A stretch of DNA of 64,000 nt. It comes from Dehalococcoidia bacterium (GTDB lineage Bacteria > Chloroflexota > Dehalococcoidia > Lucifugimonadales > UBA3495). Location of the stretch: contig OZ244811.1 of assembly GCA_965220105.1 (NCBI GenBank), forward strand, positions 1,161,798 through 1,225,797. Reading direction: 5' to 3'. The notes under the pieces are model-generated. The model ran no database searches, had not been told where the DNA came from, and worked only from the letters and a program-made list of their open reading frames with translations. Every line of letters begins with the position of its first letter. Within the stretch, counting starts at the first letter, position 1. Both the position numbers and the translations under genes were made by a program. Below are positions 55,016 to 64,000 of the stretch, one piece after another.

Positions 55016-58000
55016 ATGAGAATTCCGAGACTACCCGCCAGACCATGGGTTGCGGCCGTCGCCGTAGTGGCGACCGCAGCAATCCTGGTCGCAACGGGCG
55101 TGGGCCAGACTCACGCCACCGATCCAACCAACCCGCAGATCGACGAGAACACGCCCGGCGGTACCGCCGTGGGCACCCCCTTGAACGCATCGGCGGACGG
55201 TAGCACCGTCAGCTACGCGCTCTCCGGACCGGACGCCGCCAACTTCAACATCAACCCCGCAACCGGCGAGGTCAGTCTCGCCCAAGACGTGAGCCCCGAC
55301 TTCGAGGCCAAGTCCGAGTACTCCCTGACCGTGACGGCCATCGCGGACATCACCGTGCAGGTGTTGAACGTGGACGAGCCGGGAACCGTCGCCCTGTCCA
55401 CCGATGAGCCAGGCGCGGGAGAAACCATCACCGCGGTCCTCAGCGACCCCGACGGCAGCATAGCCAACGTCCGGTGGTCCTGGACACACTCCGACGGCGA
55501 CGACTGGAACGTCATCCCCGGCGCAACGGCAACGTCCTACACGACGACCACCGCCGACATCGGGCGCCGCATTGAGGCCACGGCCAGCTACGACGACGGA
55601 GCCGGCGTCGGCCACCAAGCCAACGCAGCCACCGCCAACCCGGTGCGTAACGACCCGCCGGTCTTCCCGGACGGAACGGCCACGAGGCAGGTTGACGAGA
55701 ACGCCACTGCCGGCACTCCCGTCGGCACACCCGTGACCGCCTCCGACCCCAACGGAGACGGAATCACCTACTCCGTGGCCGGCAGCGCCGACTTCACCAT
55801 TGACCCCAACACGGGGCAGATCTCGGTTGCTGAGGGCACAAGCCTTGACCACGAGGCCGGGGCGACTCACACCCTGACCGTCACGGCAACCGACTCCCAC
55901 GGCGACGCCGGATATGCCACCGTGACGGTGAACGTCGCCAACGTCGAGGAGACCGGCGCCGTAACGCTCAGCCATGACCGACTACGCGCCGGCGTGGTCA
56001 TCACGGCGACGCTATCCGACCCCGACGGCAATGTCTCAGGTGAGACCTGGCAGTGGAACCAGAGCGACGAACCCATCGACGGAGCCACCGCCAATTCCCA
56101 CACCGTTACGACCGACGACGTGGGCCACGTCCTGAGCGCAACCGTCCGGTACACCGACGGCCACGGCCCGGGCAAATCCGCACGCGCCGCCACCGCGTCC
56201 GCCATCGGCAACGACGCGCCGGCCTTCCCGACGAACACGTTCAGTCGCTCCATCGACGAGAACGCAGCTACCGGAACGGCGGTCGGCGAACCGGTTATCG
56301 CCACCGACCCCAACAGCGACACCGTGACCTACACGCTCGCCAGTGGGGACGCATTCTCCGTACGGGTAGACGGGACCATCGTGAGCAATGGGGTTCTCGA
56401 CTACGAGACCAGCGCCAGCCACACCGTCAGCCTGACCGCCACGGACGTACACGGCGCCACCGCAGACGCCGTCGTCACCATCACGGTGAACAACGTCGAT
56501 GAGGCCGGCGTCGTTGCGCTGAGCAACCAAGCGCCCAAGGTGGGCGACACCGTGACGGCCAGCCTGACCGACCCCGACGGCGCAACGTCGGCCCACTCCT
56601 GGCAGTGGCAACAAGACGAAGGCAACGCCTGGAACGACATCAGCGACGCCAACGCCGGCGACTACACCGTCGGGAGCGCCGACATCGGCCACCTGCTGCG
56701 TGCCGTCGTTTCCTACACCGATCCCCAGGGACCGGGCAAGAGCGCGTCCGCCCAGACGGAAAACGCCGTCGCCAACGACCCGCCCACGTTCACGACCGCC
56801 GACCCGATGAACGCCGCCGTGGCCGAGAACGCGCCACTGGGCGCCTTCGTCGGACAGCCCCTGCAGGCCACCGACCCCAACGACGACCCGCTGAACTTCT
56901 CCCTGTCCGGAACGGACGCGGAAACCTTCTCGGTTGACGCCGCAGGGCAGATCAGCATGACCGCCGTGCCCAACTACGAGGCTCGCAGTTCCTACCAGGT
57001 CACCGCCACGGTGAGCGACCCGGCCGGCGGCAGCGACGCCATCACGGTCAACATCGCGGTGCAGAACGTCGAGGAACCGGGTTCAGTAGCGTTCGACACC
57101 GACGCCAGCCCCGAGGTCAACATCCGGCTCACCGCAGCCCTGGACGACCCCGACGGCAGCGTTGCGGCCGAAGCCTGGCAATGGCAGTCCAGTGGTTCCG
57201 CATCCGGTCCCTGGGCCGACGTGAGCGAAGCCACCAACGCCGCCTACACGCCCAACGCCGCCGACGTGCACCGTTACCTGCAAGCCACCGTAAGCTACAC
57301 GGACGGACACGGCGACAACGTGGACACCGCGTCGGCGATCAGCGCCTTTGCAGTTACACCGGAACCCAACCGGCCGCCGCGGTTCGGCGAGCACACCGCC
57401 ACCTTCAACATCAGCATCAACGTACGCGAGGGCGTTAGGGTAGCCCCGCCGTTCACCGCAACCGACCCGAACGGCGACACCCTCACGTATTCCATCGTCT
57501 CCGACACCCCGGGCGCCTTCACCATCAACCCCGCCACCGGCGAGGTCCTGATGGGCAGCCTCGAGATCTCCGAGGGCGACACCTACACGGCGTCCATCAG
57601 CGTCAGCGACGGCGTCGATGGCGAGTGGCGGGAAGACCGCACGGCGGACGACACCCTCAGCCTCACCATGACGATCATCAACCCCAACATCGTCATCGCG
57701 CCGTCCTCACGGTCAGCCTTCCCCAAGGGCCTCTGGGTGGACGACGACATCGTGGTCACCACCAACGACGTCAGCGGCTACTCCAACCGCGACCAGGCGA
57801 TGGTCTACGACCGCGCCACCCAGCAGTATCTGGAAGACCGCGGCTTCGCGGTGGGCGGACGCAGCTATCCCTCCATACACGGGCTCTGGAGCGACGGCGC
57901 CACTCTCTACGTGCTGACTGCCGACCGGAACCGGAGCAACCCCAGGGGCAAGATCTTCGCCTACCGGCTCTCCGACGGAGCCCGTCAGAGTTCCAGCGAC

Positions 58001-58387
58001 ATCGCGCTGCACCGCAACAACTCCCATCCCTACGGGCTGACCGGACGGGACGGCGTCATCTACGTCGGCGACAACCGCGACGACAAGATCTACGCCTACA
58101 ACATCGCGAGCGGGAACCGCCAAAGCTCCAGCGAGATCAACGGCATCGACACCCTGAAACGGGACATGACCGCCCTCTGGACGGACGGCGAGACCATCTG
58201 GATCAGCTACTGGCTGAGCGAGTTCATCCGGGCCTACGACGTCGCAACCGGAGCGCGCAAGCCCGGCCTGGACGTCCAGCTGGCCTGGGAGAACGCCGGC
58301 CCGTCCGGCATCTACTCCGACGGCTTCAACCTATGGGCGCTGGACTCGGTCAACGACACCATCTACGGGTACGTCCTGCCCCAGTAG
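55016..58387 (+). CDS. large secreted adhesin-like protein: 5 cadherin-like domains alternating with 4 Ig-like DPDG modules, plus a C-terminal beta-propeller-like repeat region
   Basis: Signal peptide ...AAILVATGVGQTHA. Cadherin-like units read (ID/VD)EN...G..VG.P..A.DP(N/D).D..TY(S/T)L.....F..(D)..TG.(I/V)S.....LD.E.....Y.LTVTA.D. Intervening units read NV(D/E)E.G.V.LS......G..(I/V)TA.L.DPDG......WQW......W..I..A....YT....D(I/V)G..L.A.VSYTDG.G. The tail has repeats of the type LWSDGATLYVL...KIFAYRL, ALWTDGETIWIS...IRAYDV and GIYSDGFNLWAL...IYGYVL. Confidence 0.85.
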   Translation: MRIPRLPARPWVAAVAVVATAAILVATGVGQTHATDPTNPQIDENTPGGTAVGTPLNASADGSTVSYALSGPDAANFNINPATGEVSLAQDVSPDFEAKSEYSLTVTAIADITVQVLNVDEPGTVALSTDEPGAGETITAVLSDPDGSIANVRWSWTHSDGDDWNVIPGATATSYTTTTADIGRRIEATASYDDGAGVGHQANAATANPVRNDPPVFPDGTATRQVDENATAGTPVGTPVTASDPNGDGITYSVAGSADFTIDPNTGQISVAEGTSLDHEAGATHTLTVTATDSHGDAGYATVTVNVANVEETGAVTLSHDRLRAGVVITATLSDPDGNVSGETWQWNQSDEPIDGATANSHTVTTDDVGHVLSATVRYTDGHGPGKSARAATASAIGNDAPAFPTNTFSRSIDENAATGTAVGEPVIATDPNSDTVTYTLASGDAFSVRVDGTIVSNGVLDYETSASHTVSLTATDVHGATADAVVTITVNNVDEAGVVALSNQAPKVGDTVTASLTDPDGATSAHSWQWQQDEGNAWNDISDANAGDYTVGSADIGHLLRAVVSYTDPQGPGKSASAQTENAVANDPPTFTTADPMNAAVAENAPLGAFVGQPLQATDPNDDPLNFSLSGTDAETFSVDAAGQISMTAVPNYEARSSYQVTATVSDPAGGSDAITVNIAVQNVEEPGSVAFDTDASPEVNIRLTAALDDPDGSVAAEAWQWQSSGSASGPWADVSEATNAAYTPNAADVHRYLQATVSYTDGHGDNVDTASAISAFAVTPEPNRPPRFGEHTATFNISINVREGVRVAPPFTATDPNGDTLTYSIVSDTPGAFTINPATGEVLMGSLEISEGDTYTASISVSDGVDGEWREDRTADDTLSLTMTIINPNIVIAPSSRSAFPKGLWVDDDIVVTTNDVSGYSNRDQAMVYDRATQQYLEDRGFAVGGRSYPSIHGLWSDGATLYVLTADRNRSNPRGKIFAYRLSDGARQSSSDIALHRNNSHPYGLTGRDGVIYVGDNRDDKIYAYNIASGNRQSSSEINGIDTLKRDMTALWTDGETIWISYWLSEFIRAYDVATGARKPGLDVQLAWENAGPSGIYSDGFNLWALDSVNDTIYGYVLPQ

Positions 58388-58915
58388 GGCGGACCTACCA
58401 GAACGCCACCAAGAGGCGGGGTCGGGCATGGCTGCCCGACCCCGCACGTTCCGACCAGAAAACCAATCACCGCCTGCACAACCGGGACGTGAACCCACTC
58501 CACATCGCGGCCGACATACTGGCACGCCTCGTCGACCGGCCACTTTCCAGCGTCTGGCACCCAATCATCAACGAATGGGCTCAGCAAAGAGTAATACACC
58601 ACGCGGCACCGCGTTCGTGACCTCCCAATCACCAAACTGGTGCAGACCGACACCCGCGCCATCATACATGGCACGCCACACCGCCACATCGGGGACGCAA
58701 TAGACCAACGCGTCCACCTGAACCCGCCCAATTCTCTCAACAGAAAGGAGAGCCTGATCCTCCGGAGATGACCGAAATCCACCAGATGCCGGCAACAACA
58801 AAGTAGAACGACCCCCGGGAACGTCGGGCGACTGGCACGAAAAACAACCCAGCCAAATGAGATGGTTTCCCATACTAAAGCCGGCAAGAAAGAACTTGGA
58901 GAGAGGTTCACACGA

Positions 58916-59854
58916 ATGCACAAAGCAGCCTTCGCAATACTCGCCACCTTGGCCACAGTGGCCACCATGGCGTGCAGCTCACAAGAGCAAACACCCGCCA
59001 CGGCAGAATCAAGCAGCCCCACCATCGCGGAGAACGTCCAGCCGTCCAGCACAGAAACGACAAACGTCGAGAGTCAACAGGTTGAAACGCCGGACTCGAA
59101 AGCAAATATGGAAAATGCCGCTGGCACCGACGAAACGAAACCGATGGACCAAACGGAGCCAACGGCCGATGCCATGGAGCCAACAGCTCAGCACGTCAAA
59201 CCGATGGGACAGCCCACAAAAACGGTCAAAATGCCTGAGATGACGGACGCCGCCCCAGCGATGGGAAAGCCGTCCACGGAGCCGAAACCGACGCTTTATT
59301 CCGTGCAACCGGAACATCCGGCAACCATGCCCATCATTGCAGGGATGTCCCCAGACGACCAGAAATGCTTGCCGGAACAGGCAAAAACGTTGAACGACCT
59401 CACGGCGATTACGCGGAACCCCAGTGACCCGGCGGCAGCCGAAACTTTCCAATGCCTGAGCAGCGAGGGTCAGTTCCAATTATTCATCGCAACGCAACAG
59501 CCTGACCCAACGACCAGCGAGGCAAGCCTCCGCTGCCTCTGGGAAGGACTGGCTCCTCTCCACACCATGGAGGTATCCGACAGGAACACACTCGAAATTT
59601 TCGGAGCAATGCTCTTCGGCAGCATCGCAGTCGCCGCCTACTGCACCGACGAACAGCAAATGGAACAGATAGCTGCCCAAGAACCCGAAGCACACGCCCA
59701 GCTGCTCTACATGCAGTGCATGATCGACACCACCGGCGGGCCAGCGCAATTCATGAACCGCCTACTGGAAGACCCCGACGCCATCGCGATACTCGAGGCC
59801 GATGCCAACGAGCAATGCGAGGTTCCAGAAGTCCTGTCCCAGACGTCCAATTGA
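58916..59854 (+). CDS. hypothetical lipoprotein
   Basis: The ATG at 58916 lies within track ORF 58862..59854. Lipobox MHKAAFAILATLATVATMACSS is followed by a low-complexity T/E/P-rich region and a Cys-containing C-terminal domain. Confidence 0.65.
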   Translation: MHKAAFAILATLATVATMACSSQEQTPATAESSSPTIAENVQPSSTETTNVESQQVETPDSKANMENAAGTDETKPMDQTEPTADAMEPTAQHVKPMGQPTKTVKMPEMTDAAPAMGKPSTEPKPTLYSVQPEHPATMPIIAGMSPDDQKCLPEQAKTLNDLTAITRNPSDPAAAETFQCLSSEGQFQLFIATQQPDPTTSEASLRCLWEGLAPLHTMEVSDRNTLEIFGAMLFGSIAVAAYCTDEQQMEQIAAQEPEAHAQLLYMQCMIDTTGGPAQFMNRLLEDPDAIAILEADANEQCEVPEVLSQTSN

Positions 59855-59902
59855 ATGCAGCGGCCGCTAAATAGCTGAACACCACTAAATAAAGGAGGAG
59901 CC

Positions 59903-62773
59903 ATGATTCACGCCAACATACGACGAACACCCATCATATTCGCCGCCCTAGCGGCATTGGTGCTGGCTGTTGCCGCACTCGCACTCTACGCCCATCCGAC
60001 ACAGGCGCAGGACGGCTCCGCGCCGGATAAGCCCAGGGGCCTCGAAGCCACGACGTCACACGGCCAGGTGGTCCTCACCTGGGACGACCCCGACGACGAG
60101 AGCATCACCGGCTACGTGATCCTGCGGCGCATCCGCGTCAACAATCAAGGCGGCGACTTCAGTGTATTGGTGGCGGACACCAGCAGTGCGGCCACCACCT
60201 ACACCGACGACACGGTGGCGGCCAGCACCACCTACACCTACCGCATCAAGGCCATCAACCAGCACGGTACCAGCGAGCGCTCCCGCTGGTACCACATCGA
60301 CACCCCGGCGCCCCCCGTGCCCGACCAGCCCAGGGGCCTCTCCGCAGCGGCGTTCCACGACCAGGTGACCCTGACCTGGGACGATCCTGACGACGACAGC
60401 ATCACCGGCTACGTCATCCTGCAGCGCAACCGTGATACCAGCGCCGAGGGCGAGTTCACCGAACTGGTGGCGGACACCGGCACGGCGGCGACCACCTACA
60501 CCGACGGCACCGTGGCGGCGGAGACACGCTACACCTACCGCATCAAGGCGATCAACGAGCATGGGACCAGCGGACGGTCCCGCTGGCTCCACATCGACAC
60601 TCCGGCGGCCCCAGCGGCCCCAGTGGGCCAGCAGAACACACAGGAGAGCGCAGACCCGCCAACCACGACGGAACCCGCGGATGGCGACTTCGCCGACGGC
60701 ACGACGACCACCGGACGGGTGGCGGTGGGCGAGTCCATCGTGGGCCGCATCGGAACCGCCGACGACGTGGACTGGATCCTGGTGCAGGCCGACCCCGGCC
60801 AGTGGTTCACCATCACCCTCACCGGATATGGCGAGGGCGCTTACACCGCCCTGGAGACGCCTCACCAGCAGGCCTACCACCGGCCGGACGGCTCGGTGCT
60901 GGTCTCCGAGCACGCGCTGAACCAGGACCGGCCTCCCTGCAGCGCGGGCTGCACCCACGTCGAGGTCTCACAGGCCGGTTCCCGCTACGTGGCGGTGGCC
61001 TCCCTGATCGGCGACAACACCCACAACACCGGTTCCTACCGGCTGACCGTCACGCTGGAACGCGCCCACGAGGGCGTGGACGGCGGCGTGGACCTGGCGC
61101 TCGACGTGTCCGACGACGTCGACACCCGGGGGTTTCTGCGCATGCTGACGCCCGAGCAGTTCCCCGGTTTCAACCCAAGCTGGAACCGGGTGTTCGGCGC
61201 CATCCCGCCGCACGACGTCGACTGGTATCGCATCGACCTGGAAGCGGGCCGCGCCTACCGGTTCGGGTTGCGCCAGAGCGACACTGACCTGCGGCTCCGG
61301 CTGCGGGACTCCGGCGGGTCCGTCATCGGCTCAATCCGCTCGGGCCGGACCATCCACGCCGCGGCGTGCGCCGAGGGCAGCCATTACATCGAGGTCTTCC
61401 GGCCCGACGGCGCCCCGCCGGCCATGACCAACTACGTCGTCGAGGCCGCCCACACCGACGGCCTGGAAACAGAGGCGCTCCGGGGCAACCTGCCCAACAC
61501 CGGACAGGTCCAGCTGCACTGGCAGTGCTACGGCATCGCCGACTCCCACCAGGTGCAGTTCCGCCTCGACGGACAGTGGACGACCCTCTCCGCAAACGGC
61601 GGCAACCCGGCCGGCATCGGGCTGGAATATCTGAACGACGGATTTGCCGCCAAGGTAACCGGCCTGCCCACCGGCGACGACTACGCCGACTACGAGTTCC
61701 GCATCACGCGGGTGGTGGACGGCGTGGCGACGACGGACCACCAAGACGTTTCCATCGTGGTAATCCCGGACACTCCGGGCAACCTGCGGGGCGGCTGGAA
61801 CCTCCGTTACTACCCCGACGCACTCACCTTCGAGTGGGACGCCACGGCGGGCGACAACGTGGACTACGAAGTCCAGATCAAAGACCAGCAGGAAGAGCAG
61901 TGGATTGCCCTGGGAGACGGGTTGGAACAGCCGCCCGGCCTGATCCACCGGTTCGACGGGAAAACCCGCGTCAAGATCCTGGCGGCGTCCCCGCGCTACG
62001 TCTCCTACCCACAGCCGTCGTGGACCCGCGGTGAACACGTCCTCATGAGGGTGCGGGCCATCCAGTACGGCCAGGCATCGCCGTGGTCGGATGACTTCGA
62101 GGTGTGGTTCGCCGACCAAATGTGGCTGGCGGTCAGAAACCGCGACGGCGCGATGACCGCCGACGGTCAGGCCACGCTGACGTGGGGCGCTCCGGACTAC
62201 TTCGGAGACGGCGCCTTCCGGCCCATCACCACCTTCGTGATGTACCGCATGGACGGCGAATGGCTGCACCTGCTGCCCGGCCACGACGTGAACGGCGTCA
62301 CCGTCGCGGTGGTGAGCAACCGCGCGGTGGTGAGCGGTCTGCCGACCGGCTTGCCAAGCTACGAGTTCGCCATACGGCACCTGGGAAGGCACGTCCCCAC
62401 CTACGGCACGTCCCTGCTGATCCTGTCCGAATGGTCCCGCACCATCACCATCGCCACGGACCTGGCGACCCCCGGGCGGCCCGATGCTGAGCAGATTGGC
62501 AGCGGGCAATTGTCGCTCAGCTGGGATCCGGTGGCGGACGCAACCCAGTACCGGCTGCGCCTCTGGACGGTGGACCGCTGGGAGGAGCTGGACGGCGAGG
62601 ACGATGGCGCAGTGTCGGTAACGACGTCCGACACGACGGCCATCGTGTCGGACCTGCCCAGTGAATATTACTGGTACATCTTCGAGGTGCGGGCGCTGGG
62701 CCCCCACGGCGTCCAGCAGTCCGCCTGGTCGCCCAACATCGCGGTGTTCAACCAGCACCGTCCCAGCAACTAG
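59903..62773 (+). CDS. secreted multi-domain protein: 2 N-terminal FN3 domains, 2 pre-peptidase-C-terminal (PPC)-like domains, further FN3/Ig-like domains
   Basis: RBS aaaggagg, then the signal peptide. FN3 units read PDKPRGLEATTSHGQVVLTWDDPDDESITGYVILRR....G.F..LVADT...ATTYTD.TVAA.T.YTYRIKAIN.HGTS.RS. PPC-like units read GRIGTADDVDWILVQADPGQWFTITL and IPPHDVDWYRIDLEAGRAYRFGL. The long minus-strand ORF 61331..62785 is antisense noise. Confidence 0.85.
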   Translation: MIHANIRRTPIIFAALAALVLAVAALALYAHPTQAQDGSAPDKPRGLEATTSHGQVVLTWDDPDDESITGYVILRRIRVNNQGGDFSVLVADTSSAATTYTDDTVAASTTYTYRIKAINQHGTSERSRWYHIDTPAPPVPDQPRGLSAAAFHDQVTLTWDDPDDDSITGYVILQRNRDTSAEGEFTELVADTGTAATTYTDGTVAAETRYTYRIKAINEHGTSGRSRWLHIDTPAAPAAPVGQQNTQESADPPTTTEPADGDFADGTTTTGRVAVGESIVGRIGTADDVDWILVQADPGQWFTITLTGYGEGAYTALETPHQQAYHRPDGSVLVSEHALNQDRPPCSAGCTHVEVSQAGSRYVAVASLIGDNTHNTGSYRLTVTLERAHEGVDGGVDLALDVSDDVDTRGFLRMLTPEQFPGFNPSWNRVFGAIPPHDVDWYRIDLEAGRAYRFGLRQSDTDLRLRLRDSGGSVIGSIRSGRTIHAAACAEGSHYIEVFRPDGAPPAMTNYVVEAAHTDGLETEALRGNLPNTGQVQLHWQCYGIADSHQVQFRLDGQWTTLSANGGNPAGIGLEYLNDGFAAKVTGLPTGDDYADYEFRITRVVDGVATTDHQDVSIVVIPDTPGNLRGGWNLRYYPDALTFEWDATAGDNVDYEVQIKDQQEEQWIALGDGLEQPPGLIHRFDGKTRVKILAASPRYVSYPQPSWTRGEHVLMRVRAIQYGQASPWSDDFEVWFADQMWLAVRNRDGAMTADGQATLTWGAPDYFGDGAFRPITTFVMYRMDGEWLHLLPGHDVNGVTVAVVSNRAVVSGLPTGLPSYEFAIRHLGRHVPTYGTSLLILSEWSRTITIATDLATPGRPDAEQIGSGQLSLSWDPVADATQYRLRLWTVDRWEELDGEDDGAVSVTTSDTTAIVSDLPSEYYWYIFEVRALGPHGVQQSAWSPNIAVFNQHRPSN

Positions 62774-63278
62774 CAAGTCACCCAAGGGCTGGAGAAACCC
62801 GCAGACACCATGTACGAGGGGTCGCTACACGACCCCTCACAATCCCCGGCCCAACGACCCAACCGACCTACCGGGACGTCTCGCTACATCACATCCATCC
62901 GCCACACGGGAGGTGGTGAACCGTGGGAACGTCAACGCCAGACACGGGCCCGGGGACTGCGGCCGCTGCCACCCCTGCAAACCCAACGGTCATTGACCGA
63001 CGCTCAGGGGAACACGAAGGTGTTTGCACCCCGGCGACAGGGCATTCGTACCTCCGCCAGTGGTTCATTTAACCGTAAAAACTCGACGCAAATTCACTGT
63101 GCAGTTGTGTTGTTAGGCACTTACGCGCCAGATGCAAGCCCAATACATTATGTAAGCAATAACGATGTCACCAGATGTCAGCAGTCGGCAAATCGGCAAC
63201 GAAGAGCCACGGCGTTCATCTGAGATTTGCAGTACAGCACCGGCCTGTCAGACCAATGGCAAGAGGAGTCCAATCACT

Positions 63279-64000
63279 ATGAACCGACGCTCATTCTGCT
63301 CCAACTTGACCGCTCGGAGCGCGGCTCTCGCCCGTGCCCTGGTCGCATTGCCGACCAGACCAGCCACGCTGCCCCTACTGGCCACCGTCTTGGCCACCCT
63401 GGCCGTGGCAGCAGCGATGTTCGCAATCTACGTTTATCCGGCCCACGCCCAGGAGGGCTCGGCACCGGATAAGCCGACAGGCCTAGAAGCCACCGCGTCC
63501 CACGGCCAAGTCGTCCTCAACTGGGACAACCCCGAGGACGACTCCATCACTGGCTACGTCATCCTGCGCCGCGTCCGCGTCAACGACCAAGGTGGCGAGT
63601 TCAGCGAGCTGGTGGCGGATACGGGCAGTGCTGCAACTACCTACACCGACGACACCGTGGCGGCCAGCACCACCTATACCTACCGCATCAAGGCCATCAA
63701 CGAGCACGGGACCAGCGAGCGCTCCCGCTGGTACCACATCGACACCCCGGCGCCTCCCGTCCCCGACCAGCCCACGGGCCTCGAAGCCACCGCGTCCCAC
63801 GACTCCATTACCCTGACCTGGGAGGACCCCCAGGACGAGAGCATCACCGGCTACGTTATCCTGAGACGCAACCGCGATACCGACGCCAAGGGACACTTCG
63901 ATGAGCTGGCGGCGGACACGGGCAGCGCCGCTACTACCTACACCGACAACAGCGTGGCGGCGGAGACCCGCTATACCTACCGGATCAAGGCCATCAACGA
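63279..64000 (+). CDS. paralog of the FN3 protein (N-terminal part; runs off the right edge)
   Basis: Absent from the track because it has no stop in the window. The ATG at 63279 follows aagaggag. It reads MNRRSFCSNLTARSAALARALVALP...AMFAIYVYPAHAQEGSAPDKPTGLEATASHGQVVLNWDNPEDDSITGYVILRRVRVNDQGGEFSELVADTGSAATTYTDDTVAASTTYTYRIKAINEHGTSERSRWYHIDTPAPPVPDQPTGLEA... Long stretches of DNA are nearly identical to 60040-60330. Confidence 0.85.
   Translation, partial: MNRRSFCSNLTARSAALARALVALPTRPATLPLLATVLATLAVAAAMFAIYVYPAHAQEGSAPDKPTGLEATASHGQVVLNWDNPEDDSITGYVILRRVRVNDQGGEFSELVADTGSAATTYTDDTVAASTTYTYRIKAINEHGTSERSRWYHIDTPAPPVPDQPTGLEATASHDSITLTWEDPQDESITGYVILRRNRDTDAKGHFDELAADTGSAATTYTDNSVAAETRYTYRIKAIN

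Noticed and set aside
59903-64000. A diversity-generating retroelement or other targeted hypervariation acting on the near-identical FN3 modules.
   Set aside because: There is no reverse transcriptase, no template/variable repeat pair with adenine-specific differences, and no accessory genes in the window. The differences between the paralogs are scattered substitutions of all types.

Overview
High-GC bacterial window that is mostly accessory DNA. Only about 6.7-12.5 kb looks like ordinary metabolism. That stretch is a co-directional operon: SDR, alpha/beta hydrolase, a sarcosine/dimethylglycine plus glycine/sarcosine N-methyltransferase pair (glycine-betaine synthesis by glycine methylation), a Gfo/Idh/MocA oxidoreductase, and a thiolase-like/DUF35 pair. 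The rest is a mosaic of insertion sequences, defence-type genes and pseudogenes. IS content: an edge-truncated TnpB, IS1182-like, two IS701-like, IS256, IS66, IS21, four IS630-type copies, an IS5/IS427-like element and three IS630-derived MITEs. I could resolve two nested insertion stacks to the base using terminal inverted repeats and target duplications. One of them (6.6 kb, several nesting levels) splits a histidine decarboxylase-ACT gene. Defence and mobility content: a secreted HNH/Excalibur nuclease; a Cas4-like nuclease carrying an in-frame TAG; two orphan degenerate type I-E-like CRISPR relics with 61-bp periodicity; a frameshifted MmeI-like type IIL enzyme with a DUF2971 partner and HEPN/PaREP1-like neighbours; and a xis plus tyrosine integrase (in-frame TAA) next to a 23-nt tRNA 3' fragment. 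It also includes a truncated NYN gene and a pair of roughly 690-bp inverted repeats bracketing the integrase segment. My best candidate for an undescribed system is the compact cluster at 48.2-53.7 kb: BrnT toxin, a truncated BrnA-like N-terminus fused in frame to TcmP, a DUF5131 (Gp37/Gp68) three-Cys protein, and an intact single-chain type IIG nuclease-methyltransferase. The right end encodes large secreted cadherin/beta-propeller and FN3/PPC proteins with a near-identical paralog. All family assignments come from reading translations and motifs from memory. No searches were run and no cas genes, reverse transcriptase or complete tRNA/rRNA gene was seen.
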